This document shows, piece after piece, positions 52,608-64,000 of a DNA stretch of 64,000 bases. How positions within the stretch are numbered: the first letter of the stretch is position 1; every line of letters starts with the position of its first letter. Origin of the DNA: Amoeboaphelidium protococcarum X5 (Eukaryota; Fungi; Aphelidiomycota). The position numbers and the translations under genes are program-made. Location: positions 157,091-221,090 of the forward strand of contig JALDTO010000155.1 in assembly GCA_023515725.1 (NCBI GenBank). Reading direction: 5' to 3'. Under the pieces are notes generated by a model. That model made no database searches. It had not been told where the DNA came from and saw only the letters and a list, made by a program, of their open reading frames with translations.

Positions 52608-52752
52608 TTAAATTTAAAAATTCTAAACTATTATAATGGAATAATCAAATTGCCTACTAAAATTCAATGAGCTCAGTGCAATGAAGAAAATCGATAAAAG
52701 ACTCTCGCGATCGTCGTAATCTTCTAAAGCAAAAACAGAAAAATAAGTAGAA

Positions 52753-54900
52753 ATGGGCAAGTAGTTAAAGTAGGCATAAAGACGTGCGCAGTAGAGTCAA
52801 AGAAAGCGTTTATAGAGCGTGTCTAAAAACGATGACAAGGATTTGGATTTCGATGGAGTGATCAGCGACGATGAAGTTGATGCGTATTATGCGTAAAAGG
52901 ATAAGATTCTGCTTGATCAACTCGATGATGGAAGTGATAATGATTTGGATGCAGAGTTGTTAAGCGAGAGTGAAGAAGAGGTGTTGGCTATGAACATGGA
53001 TGATTAGTAAAGTGATAGTGCTGACTACAATGGCGATATGTATTCTGATGGTGAAGGAAGTGTTCAAGTGGGGGAGAGTGATATGGAAGACGCGTTGAAT
53101 ATGGTGCCTGCACTGCGAAAACACGTCAAATCTGGCGGCTCTGATTATGGCGAGACTGATGGTGGTGAAGACGCGGAAGATTCTATGAAGTAATAATCGT
53201 CAGTTGCATGGGGTAAAAATCGAAATGCGTATTACGATGACGACTTGGATATGGATGATGACGCTGGTATCGAAGAGGAGGAGGAAGCTGAGCGTTTGCG
53301 TCGAGAGTAATTGGCGGCTATGGGAGATGATGATTTCTTGGATGGCAGTTTCGCCTCCAAGTTATAAAAGCAATCTAGTGCCAGTGCTAATTCTAATTCT
53401 ATTCCTCTCCTATCAACCGCGACACCATCTGACGATGAAGAGGATGATAATGAAGTTGAGTTGGTTGAGAAGGTATCCTTGAGCTTTGATGGCCTGACCA
53501 GTGATCAAGTTCAGTAAATTGTGGAATAAGAAAGGCCTGAGTTGATGGCGATGCTTCAAGAGTTTACTGGTAAATGCAAGTAATTGAATGAGAATTAAGC
53601 TGCTTTGCTGGTGGCCAAGACTTCTTTGAATTCAGATGGCGAAGATAGATTGGAGACTAATGAAGGTCTATCACTGTTAGAGGTGAAGAATCATTTGCTG
53701 ATGAATTACCTGCTCAATCTATCTTTCTATCTGTATATGAGATTGGAAGGTGCACGTTTGGATTAGCCGGACAATAAAGCTCATCCTGTTATTGAGAGAT
53801 TGGTCGAAGTTCGTTTGTATCTGGAGAAATTGAAGCCTTTGGAAGCCAAGCTGAAGTATCAGATTGATAAATTGATAAACGCGTCCCTACAGGCTCCATA
53901 TGTTTAGAAACTTAAAGTAGCCGGCGATGCACTTGGTGATAATGTTAGTGCATCTTCTGCAGATCCTCTCAAGTTCAAGCCCGAGATTGGTAATTTCGCG
54001 GGAGTTGACTCTGATGACAACTCTGGTGACGATGGCAGTGGAAGCGATGCAGGTGAAAAGGTATATAAAGCACCCAAAATAGCTCCTGTTCATTATGATG
54101 ATACTGGTAAAAAGGGTGCTGGTAAAGACGGATAGAAGAAGAATATTCCTGGGCAGTCGATCATGAAGGATCTGTTGAATGAGTTGAGTGAATTGCCCGA
54201 AGAAGTGCATGATGCCGGCAATCTCTTGGAGGCTAATAATGAGTTGAAGGAAGATAAAAAGTGGTAGGAGAGAGTTAAAGCTGAAGAGGAGATGATGATG
54301 AGACTGACCACCACCAAGAAGGATAAGAAAGATGTCCGATAGCAGAATAAGTTGGTTGATGAGTTGGCAGAGTTGGATCAGTTTGGAGATTATGCGTTAT
54401 CTAAAGTTGCCAATGATCGAGATGTTTTGGATGACATGTTTGCATCATCTAGTTCCCGTAAGAGTGATAGACTTCGAGATGCTCTCTCCGGTGGCGATTC
54501 CTCTGAGGATTATGGTGATGCTGGTCAGAAATAACAAGAGTCTGATGTCAGTGATGACGAGTATTATCAGAGTTTATAGAATCAGACGCGTAACTCTAAG
54601 CGTCAGCAATTGAATGAAGATATGGACACGTTAAGTGAGGAAGAAGATGGCGCGGCTGTTGGTGGTAAGAAGAAGTTTAAGCGTGATGTGGGATATGATA
54701 TCATGAAGAACAAAGGACTTACTCCGAAGAGAACTAAAGAGCAGAGAAATCCTCGTGTGAAGAGGAGAAAGAAGTATGAGCAGAGCCTGAAGAAGTTGGG
54801 CAGTATGAAGCCAAGTCAGAAGCAAAGTTCTGGCAATAAGTATCGCGGAGAAGAGACTGGTATTAAAAAGAATTTATCTCGCTCTGTTCGCTTCAGTTGA
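52753..54900 (+). CDS. SAS10: U3 snoRNP/SSU processome protein Sas10/Utp3, 715 aa
   Basis: GLSLLEVKNHLL, HPVIERLVEVR..LEKLKPLE.KLKYQIDKL, C-terminal KNKGLTPKR..RNPRVKRR..YRGEETGIKKNLSRSVRF. Confidence 0.92.
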
Positions 54901-55014
54901 GAATAATACAGTAACATTTATATCACTATGCGAACTTTGTTTCTTTTAACGAATCGTCGTTTTTGCTTATTGCCGAGCGACTTCAAATCAGAATTAAAAA
55001 CTAAGCGAACTAAA

Positions 55015-55662
55015 ATGCTTAGATAGATTTAACGCGTAGTTAATGTACGGTTATTGCACAATGACGGTTCGTTATAGACACTATCGCCCAAGATTTTGAA
55101 AAGGGATGACCCATTGGTGCAGAAATTATTCAGAGCGTATATCCCACAAGACTTTGAACCACAGGGCGTTGATAAAAATGGAAAAGAAATTCCACCGTTG
55201 GTAACTCAACAAGAGCTGAAATAGTTACGCGTATAATGCTATAGATTTGGCCTACAGCCACAAGACTTAAATCTACCAGAGCTGAAAGAGCAAGAGACAA
55301 CAGAAGTAAATGATCTGCGATTGTCAGTGATGAGGGCACGCGCCGAGTCTTTGATATTTGAACGTCAAGAACGCGCCCGAGAGAAATTGGCAAAATAGCA
55401 CAGGCGCGAGTTAAGACAGCGCAAGATCACTATGCAAGATGTAGAGAAGGATCTACGTGAGCTGGAAGAGAAATTTGCTGATCCCGAAAAGTACAAGATG
55501 CCTTTGAGCTTGTTGACAATGGCTGAGCGTGCAGAGTATGAGAAGAAGAAGCTGAGTTTCATTGAGAATAACATGAAGGCTATGGATTAGAAGTTACAAG
55601 AATGGAGAATCAAGAAACGCGAAGCTAGAAAACAAATTCATGATAAGCAGTCGCCTATTTGA
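55015..55662 (+). CDS. probable mitochondrial ribosomal protein mL59 (Mrpl25)-like, 215 aa
   Basis: Presequence-like N-terminus MLRQIQRVVNVRLLH; FEP..PPL..LKQLRVQC..G and IENNMKAMDQKLQEWR pattern; an alternative in-frame ATG lies at 54928. Confidence 0.5.
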
Positions 55663-55712
55663 GAATATAGATTTTATACTAAATTTAAATTTAATAAGCA
55701 AGACATTTTACA

Positions 55713-56480
55713 TCATAAGAAAGCAAACAATATCAAAGATAATATTTGAGCACATCCACCGATACCAACCGCGATCCCGGAAGACATTATGCCATTTTTA
55801 CCTCTTGGGCCTCCTGTAATCGTGTCATTCTTCTTTTCCGTATCGCTCAGGTTCAACTATGGCACATCAAATGCAAAAGTGCAATTAGTTGAATTAGAAT
55901 CTGCAGGATCGCATTCAAGAGTCTTATTGAAAATATCCCCTGAAGATGATGTCATGTTAACAGATGGTTTTGTGTCTTGCATCTTCTTTGAATCACCAAT
56001 TAATGGAGCAGATGGCGATTTAGTATCTGGCTTAGTTGATTCACTGGCCTATCGCTCAGGCGATTTAGATTATTCGGTCATCTTCCCACCACTACCGCTA
56101 CCACTACCACCGCCTGCACAGTCAACCACTGACCACTTGATATTCTTTAACCTCCCCACGCCGGTGGCCGCCAATTTGATAAAAGCTTCTTTAGATAGAT
56201 CAATGTCATTCTCAGCACATCCGGCACAGGAATCAACCACCTTAGCCATAATAGTAGTACCAGATGGGCCAGTCACCTGAATACATTTACCACAAGACGC
56301 GTCGGAGTTCATACGCGCAAAGGAAACAGCCACCGCGGCGGGTAGATCTGCCGTAGAAACAGAGATTCCCTTCGACAAACATGAAACACTCGCGCCCGCT
56401 GTCAAATCATAATACGTCAGCTCACCGACATAGGCCATCGACACTTTCAATAATAACTGTATCGCAATAATATACTTCAT
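55713..56480 (-). CDS. secreted RlpA-like double-psi beta-barrel (expansin/loosenin-like) protein with probable GPI signal, 255 aa
   Basis: Signal peptide, GELTYY, SCGKCIQV, KVVDSCAGC..DIDLS..AF, Ser/Pro linker, hydrophobic C-terminus. Confidence 0.88.
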
Positions 56481-56810
56481 TTTAGAATTGATTTTTTAAA
56501 AATATAGCCTTTGAGATAAAAAATACCAGTTTGTTTCAAAATTTAATTTAATTGAAATTGAAGATTTAATTGTCGTGATACAATCGAATCGATCTTGTAA
56601 TCATTCTTCGTAATGTGACACCAGAAAGTGATCATCCAATCATAAGTACGCAAATCAGCGTTGCAAAGACTATGTTTTAAACGAAAGCTGCTTGAATTCT
56701 TACTTCTACTATTGTGAAAGTGCCACCATGTAACCATAAACTAAAAATGAAACACGTCAGGTGCAAATGTTATAGAAACAAATTACGTTATTAACTTTTC
56801 ATGTATAAGC

Positions 56811-57989
56811 TCAAGCTATGAAACCAGTCTTAAAAAAGACGCGTGCCAAACGACTTTGGAACGGAACAGGGACTGCGATATTGTCCACAAAATCAGCCGA
56901 TAGGAATGGCAGCATGAAGAATGGCATTAAGGCAAGCAGACTCAGATGCACCAACAGCCGTTTGCCTATCAATGGTAGACTAGTTTTTGGCAATAATTCG
57001 CATAAACATGTAGCAAGTCCATGCAGAACGAAAAAAGCCATGTTGTAACCCATTTAACCAACACCATACATACAAAACACATAGTATTCGTGTATCAGCC
57101 CAGAAAATATGAAAGTGGCCATTGCAGCCAGCATTTTGCTCATCTTTGAACCTTTCGCTGTTGACTCTTATCCAGATGCAGCAGATTATTAATTCTAATT
57201 AGACACGGAAATCTTATATCTAGCCTAATCATTCTTCATGTGATATTTTTTATCATCATCATCCGGCGACTTTAGCTTTTTAGATACCGTATTAGGACGA
57301 TGAATGGCTGTGAACACGATCTGATGAAAAGCACGCTTAAAGCACACGTTCCATCTTGACCAAAACTCACGTAGCGTAGTAGCCGACATTGGGCTATCAA
57401 ACACCGGGATCATCTTAATACCCAAAACAATACCAGGCACACCAAAGATGAACTCGAAAAAGAGTCCCATCAGAGCCCACAAGCCATAACCAGATACTTC
57501 GAAAAGCATAAAAAATTCAAACCAAGATCCAGACTTTATCACAGGTGAGATTCTAAGTGGAACAAATAGAGCTGCAGCAGCAGCCAAACAATAGTATTTG
57601 ATGACATTGTGCACGAACATCTTCAACGAGTAAGTGCGTCCTTCTTGAACGACTTGGCGGCTCTGCTTCGTCTTAATCCAACGGCTTAGATGATCATCCT
57701 CCGGATACCACGCCATTCTGATGATAAATTCCAATGAAGACATATCACAGATATCATGCGCCTTGATGCCAAAAAACAATTGCAGAATTTTCAAGCTGTA
57801 GGAAGAGCATAATGCGGACAGCAAAAAGCGCCATCCGACAGAATCTGGTGCGAATACAATTGGAATAGAGATCAAACATGTGATTATGAACGCAGCCAGA
57901 ATCTGCCTAAGAGTCTAGCCGCGTATCATCCTGATAGATTCACAAATACCCGGAGTCAGTATCAGCACTGACAACGCGGTATAATTCAT
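56811..57989 (-). CDS. membrane-bound O-acyltransferase (wax synthase/MBOAT_2-like), 392 aa
   Basis: PVFDSPMSATTLREFWSRWN, ATFIFSGLIHEY, FFVLHG. Confidence 0.88.
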
Positions 57990-58186
57990 TTTAATATACG
58001 GAATTTCTAGACTTATAGGCGCAGTGAGACTTTACAAATAAAAAGATGAGAAAAGCAATCAGTGAACCACCCTTAAAATCGCCTTATACTAATCTGACGC
58101 ATCAATTAAATGTACTTTTGAAAAGGAACAATCATCAACAGAAAACGCGTAAATTATGTTGATTAATTAATCTTCATTGGAATTAT

Positions 58187-59383
58187 TCAATTAGACGGAA
58201 CAAAAAGCAGCTTATTAGGTGTGGTCTTGTCGGATCTAGAAAGTTTAATGACATTCGGAGTTGCCAGATCCAAAAGCTTCCCCGTGAGCTCGTCAACGTT
58301 CAAAGACGGCGAAGAGCTAGCAAGTAAAGCTAAAGCACCTGCAACATGAGGCGATGCCATTGAAGTGCCAGAAAACGATTAAAACTTGTTTCCTGGAGTA
58401 GCTGCCAGTATATCTTTGCCTGGTGCAAATAGATTGCAGCATCTTCCGCGGTTGGAGAAATCAGCAATTTTGTCATCAGTGTCGGATGCGGCCACAGTCA
58501 GGACAAAGTCGTAGGCAGCAGGCAGTGAGTAACACGCATCACCGTATTCGTTACCCGCAGCCACTGCGAACAAAATGCCGGAAACTGTAGCAATTTGCAT
58601 AGCTCTTTCCAGAATCTTGCTTTCGCCGGGGAAGCCAAGTGACATATTGGCAATATCAACTTCTGAACGGCCTCTGCGAGCTCGATCTTTAATTGCAAAT
58701 TCCACGCCACCCAAAATGTCAGACATGAAGCACCTACCATTTCCACTACAAACTTTAACAGCGACAACTTCGGCACTTTTCGCCACTCCTGACAAAAAAC
58801 CACCAACGGTGCTGGCAACGTGGGTACCATGACCATTGTCATCAGTATCAACACCAATGTAGAAAGATATTCCATGGCGCGCATTAGTGGAGCCATCAGA
58901 TCTTTAGAATTCAGAGTGCTTCACATCAATACCACTGTCGATAATGTACACGGTGGTGCCATTGCCAGCATGGGCTGGATAAGAGTATGACTGATGATTT
59001 TTATCATTCATGCGCTGGGAAATACGTGTTAACCCCCAGTTTTTAGGATTAGATTATTCACCAAAGATGTGTCCGATCTTATTCGGTTCCACGACATCAA
59101 CCTCGGGCATATCGCGTACCATAGCGATCAGATAGTCGTCCATTTTTGCCGCATATCCAAAGGAATACTTATGCATAACAGGATTATGGGTAGGCTCTGC
59201 AGATGCAGCCAGACCAAAGACGCGATGCAAGTGATCATCAATGAGCGCGTCTTTAGAATATGTACTTAGATACTCATTCTTCAAGCTGACGATATATTCT
59301 CCAGGCACTTCATTGTCACTTGTCTAGATATAGGACGCAGCACTAGTGGCCACCAGGCATAAGAAGACAGAAGTATATAACAT
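58187..59383 (-). CDS. secreted subtilisin-like serine protease (S8A, proteinase K type) with I9 propeptide, 398 aa
   Basis: Signal peptide, VPGEYIV, YIIDSG, DNGHGTHVA, AAGN, SGTSMASPHVAG, TPNKLLF. Confidence 0.95.
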
Positions 59384-59968
59384 AGTTATTCCAGTGCAAA
59401 TTGTGTCAAGGAGAAAAAGATAAGTAGCAAAGATTAAAGATGCAACTCTTGGCTATATAAATTACTCACTAAAATCAGCATTTTGTATCTATATGCATAG
59501 CTTATAAGCTCAAATTATAAATTATAATGAAACGTAAACTCATAAATATAATTATGGTGATAAAGAACTAGTCATTGTCTAGAAGGAGCCATATTCATTG
59601 CGACTCTCCCGGCAACATTGAGAAAGTATCTAATCACAACCTTGAAGGCAATCAGTAGTGATTGTTGTTAAACTTGTTGTATTGAGAAATTAAGAGACTC
59701 TTCAATACAAAGATTTCCTAATAAGTTACTTAACATTCTTCGTATTGGATACTCTCTTTCACTATACGCCACTTGTGGATGGTGAAATCCTTCAAGTACT
59801 ACTCCTGACTCAAGACCATGAGAAAATCCGCGCGGTGTCGCTAATATAAGCTAATCAAGCCCCTTCTTATAGCCTCGATCACATCATTTGAAGGTCTTCC
59901 TCGCTTCCACTTCTTATCATTCACAATCTCTTATCACACACTAAGTCTTTTTAATCTTTACCAGCATT

Positions 59969-61165
59969 ATGATCAAGAGTGTATTATCTTTGGCATTGCT
60001 TGCAGTTGTCTACTCTGCTCCTACTTAAAGCAATGACGCGTTCGAAGTCGTGCCTGGTGAGTTCATTGTTGGCCTCAAGATGGCTGAGTCTATGGACAGC
60101 AGTAACTTCATCGATGATCATCTGCAGCGTGTCTTTGGCCTGGCTGCATCTGCTGAATCTACCCATAATCCGGTCATGCACAAGTACTCATTTGGTTATG
60201 CTGCCAAGATGGACGACTATCTGATGGACATGGTACGCGCTATGCCTGAGGTTGATATCGTGGAGCCTAATTACATTGGTTATGTGGTGGGTGAGCAGTC
60301 TAATCCTAAGAATTGGGGTTTGCTGCGCGTCTCTTAGCGTATGAATAGCAGAGGACATAAGACGTACTCTTATCCTGATCATGCCGGTAATGGTACCACA
60401 GTGTACATCATAGATACTGGTGTTGATGTGAAGCATTCCGAGTTTAAGCGCGCTGATGGTACCATTAACGCGCGTCATGGTATTTCCTTTATCAGAGGGG
60501 TTGAGACTGACGATCATGGCCATGGAACTCACGTCGGCAGTACTGTGGGTGGCCTCCTAGTTGGTATTGCCAAGAGCTCCGAGGTTGTCGGCGTGAAAGT
60601 CTGTAATAGTTACGGCGGATGTGCAGTTTCTGATGTCATCGCTGGTGTCGAATTTGCCATGAAAGACCGTGCTCGCAAGGGACGTACCGACACTGACATT
60701 GCCAATATGTCTCTTGGATGGTCCGCTACCATTAGAACTCTGGAGCGCGCCATGAAGGCTGCTACTGATAGTGGTATCTTATTTGCAGTTGCTGCCGGTA
60801 ATTCTTATGCAGATGCATGTTATTTTACCCCTGCGCAGTTTAGCTTCGTGGTGACTGTCGCTGCATCTGGCATTGACGACTCTGAGGCATCATTCACTAA
60901 TTATGGAAAATGTTGTGATCTGTACGCGCCTGGTGTTAACATCTATGCTGGTGTCCCTGGTAATAGATTCCAGCAGATGTCCGGTACTTCCATGGCTTCT
61001 CCGCATGTTGCCGGAGCTCTGGCTCTACTGGCGTCTGGTAACAAGGCCGCTAGTGTCGAAGAGTTGAAGAGTTTGCTCTTGGAATAGACCACTGAGGGTG
61101 TAATTGACGTGTCTTCATCCCACAAGGAAACTCCTAACAAGCTTCTGTTTGTTAGCCCTCAGTGA
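59969..61165 (+). CDS. secreted subtilisin-like serine protease (S8A, proteinase K type) with I9 propeptide, 398 aa
   Basis: Signal peptide, VPGEFIV, YIIDTG, DHGHGTHVG, AAGN, SGTSMASPHVAG, TPNKLLF. Confidence 0.95.
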
Positions 61166-62508
61166 GGATTTGGTGGTTTACCGCGCGTATATTAGTCAAA
61201 ATAGGAATACATATAACGTTAGTAATACTTTTAACAGTCTATTAGGATAGATGTTTGATTTTTTCCCCAAATTACAAGAAAACAAACTATAGACTCCCTC
61301 TAAAAAGATGCCGAACTACCAGTCTGGACTTTCAGTTATCTCATCCATTAAAACATCAGATCTTCACCTGATGGAAACTAAATTATGACAGTCGTTTGAA
61401 GGGCCAGCTAGTCCAGTGTTACCACCGAGCCTGCACAGCTCAATACGCGCCCAGCTTGATCATCTAACTCTATCAGGATTCTTCAGTGATAATTTTCAAC
61501 ATATTTTCATTACTTAGTTTTTTTCATGGCCAATTCTATAACAGCCTCGACTCTGCGTTCGAGATGGCTGAAGAGTCCACTCAAGTTGTCCCACAGAGTT
61601 TGATTATCTCTGACTTCAGCTCAATCATCCGCTGACTCTGGCGTACATTGCCATTCTTGATCTCTTTCAGTTTCAGAGGCGCAATCAACAAGTACATCAC
61701 GGTGAACACGCCAGGAAGCTAAAGTTGAGCTGTGCGGTGGTTTTTGTGCAAAAATTACCCCCAACTAACCTCCTGCTCAGTCTTATTGCCAATAGTATGA
61801 AGACGTCTTTAATTGTACTATTTATTCTATTTATACAGAGGTGGCTATCATAGATGCCTTTTCCCGGTTTCATAACTGATACCGGTTATATAGTTGTACA
61901 GAGTAGGAGCCAACCCTCTTAACTACCCCCATCCACTTCCTACTCTGTTCCGCTGCCATTAATTTGAACATCTTTCCGTATTATAAGCATAAAATCATTG
62001 ATTAAAACGTTTAATTGTGTCGTCGTAGCGAATCGATATTGGAGGAAGATAGGAGAGTATCGGGTTGATCTAGTCGCAGATATGAATCATGTCGTTACAA
62101 TCTAACTCTCACTCGTTCCTTAGCTGTTGGCATAACTAAAATTTCTTAGAATGTGCCAGGTCGCCACAACTAGCAGTGATATATTATTTTTGGAGTCACG
62201 ACGATTATTGAGTAGGTGGTACACCTTGACGTTAGATAAGTATCTATCCGCTTCTGAAATTCGCGGATTATGATATGTTACTATAAAGCCTGTTTAGTTA
62301 TCAAAAGCTACGTCGACAACGCGTTATTTTACCTAGACACCTTATTAACAATTGATATAGAATTAAAAAATCTTTTACGATCATTCTGATCTTACAGTCT
62401 TTACTCATAAACGCAATTTTTTCGACTAACAACAAGTTTTGTTGGGTACACCTGTAAATTTATCCATTGTAATATTATAAGTCCTTTCCGATAATTTCAT
62501 CCAAGAAA

Positions 62509-62579
62509 GCACTCATGGTTCAGTGGTAGAATTGGTCGTTGCCATCGACTAGGCACGGGTTCGATTCCCGTTGAGTGCA
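62509..62579 (+). tRNA. tRNA-Gly(GCC)
   Basis: Acceptor GCACTCA/TGAGTGC, anticodon arm ggtcg-TTGCCAT-cgact, GTTCGATTC T-arm, T-run downstream. Confidence 0.93.
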
Positions 62580-62699
62580 TCTCTTTTTGATGATGTTGTA
62601 AATTTTATTGCTACAGGTGGATGATCCTATCATTTAGAACTTGTGGTCTCGTGCGGAGAGTTTAACTTCTGGCTTAGTTAAGTGTGGTCAATATTATTA

Positions 62700-63988
62700 T
62701 TGCGTTAATGCGTCTGGATAGACTGGAATTGCAATACATGCTGGCGAATTTTTTTATTGGGCGTAATATAACAGTGTTCTGCTTGCTTGAGAGTAGGCGA
62801 TGAAGAAAGTTCCATCTTTGAAGAGATTTGCAGTATCCGAGTATAAAGTGGTGATCTGAGAGATCTGTTGAGAGTGTTTGGTGTGTTTTGGTGGGTTATA
62901 CTGTATTCATTTTTGGCGGATTGGGGTACCGAAATCTCTGGGCCACTATTATCAAAAAGTTTTTGCCGACTACCACCGTCGACTTGTACCCGTCGCTTTA
63001 TGACCTATAGCATGGCCATATGACTCTGCTCTCTGAGGAGCACAGAGGGATGTCGGCTGGAAACAACGTCTCACAATCCTACTATCTGGTATATCGCTGA
63101 TGACAGGTGCTGCCGAAAGTTATAGAAGAAAAGAACTATTCCAACATACTGTTGCGAATGAAATGCCTGTCTTATCCTAGATGTTGGCAGCTGCTGGTGC
63201 TAGTTGATAGTCATGGTATAAAAGTACTGTTCCACCAAGATTTTCCTAATGAATTTCAGCATTCCTTTTGGGAGTTAGCTTGTCTAGAAGGCTAATCTCG
63301 TCGAGAATGTGCTATGCCGACTTGTGCCTAATTATTTGTGTAGAATAGTCTTCTAGAGCGGATCATAATGATCATTAAAAGTTTGATTTGTCTGTTCAGT
63401 CTGGAAAGGCTCTATGTCCGAATGTAATTTTAGTTGAAGGAGAAATCGAAGACACGTGGGGTAAATTACTGGATTTATCCTGTGTAAGGATTACCTGCGT
63501 TGGTACTTCGCATGTAATATCGACTTGTGATGATGAAGTTGTGAAGCTCGAGGCAACGCGTGTGCTATTTAATGCTGCTCTCTGGTTCTGTTATTGGTTC
63601 GATGCTTGATGTATAGTGATGGCAGGTCCGTACTGAGTTGATGGTTATTAAGAAGAGCAGCTAGATAGTGAAAAGTTACATTGTATACTGCTTGCAGCAG
63701 GTTGGCAGTAAAAGTCTAGATTATTGCTTGGTTGAGATGCTGGAACGCTCTCGGAAGTTGCTCATCTTCTGCCTCTATATTAAATAATGTCACCTTTTTG
63801 TTGGGAAGCTTCGGACTTTTTTGATGGTGATGGACGTTAAACTTGAACTTCAGATGACACGGATGAAATTATTAATTGGTAAATTGGGCACGGTAGACAG
63901 AGTCATGGTCTGCACTGGTGTTTTTGAACATGGATTGACATTCTATAGTGGAATACAGTGGTTATGTTGTAGTTATGTTGTATAAAAT
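62700..63988 (-). other. degenerate, strand-skewed sequence with broken minus-strand reading frames (possible decayed element or pseudogene)
   Basis: C/A-rich minus strand with short coding-like runs interrupted by TGA; no diagnostic domain recognised. Confidence 0.25.
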
Positions 63989-64000
63989 GGGGGGGGGGGG
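63989..64000. repeat. poly-G run at window edge
   Basis: 12 consecutive G. Confidence 0.9.

Overview
This is a compact, gene-dense eukaryotic nuclear region that does not use the standard code. TAA and TAG are read as Gln and only TGA ends genes (ciliate-type code, NCBI table 6), so the supplied standard-code ORF track shows only fragments and antisense shadows. Re-translated by hand, the window holds about 40 protein genes with few short (50-77 nt) GT-AG introns and two tRNA genes (Ala-AGC, Gly-GCC). The gene set is fungal/opisthokont-like: RIB3, Akt, TEL2, TRM5, PMS1, ORC5, ARPC5, PEX11, CDC37, ATX1, TFB1, SAS10 and proteinase K-type subtilases. Together with the code, this best fits an aphelid alga parasite such as Amoeboaphelidium protococcarum (inference). 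The most notable candidate novelty is a secreted mucin-stalk protein (4879-6345, minus) whose C-terminal domain resembles the Ca2+-dependent self-processing (clip-and-link) module of bacterial FrpC-type RTX proteins. Other highlights are a near-invariant TGTAG intron acceptor, two non-RD receptor-like kinases with tiny ectodomains, a WD40-less mini-Prp19, and a small secreted Cys-rich peptide. There is also a decayed Crinkler-like NTPase-nuclease gene, and damaged copies of normally essential genes (TRM5 frameshift, CAF1 truncation). All family assignments come from motif recognition, not database searches.
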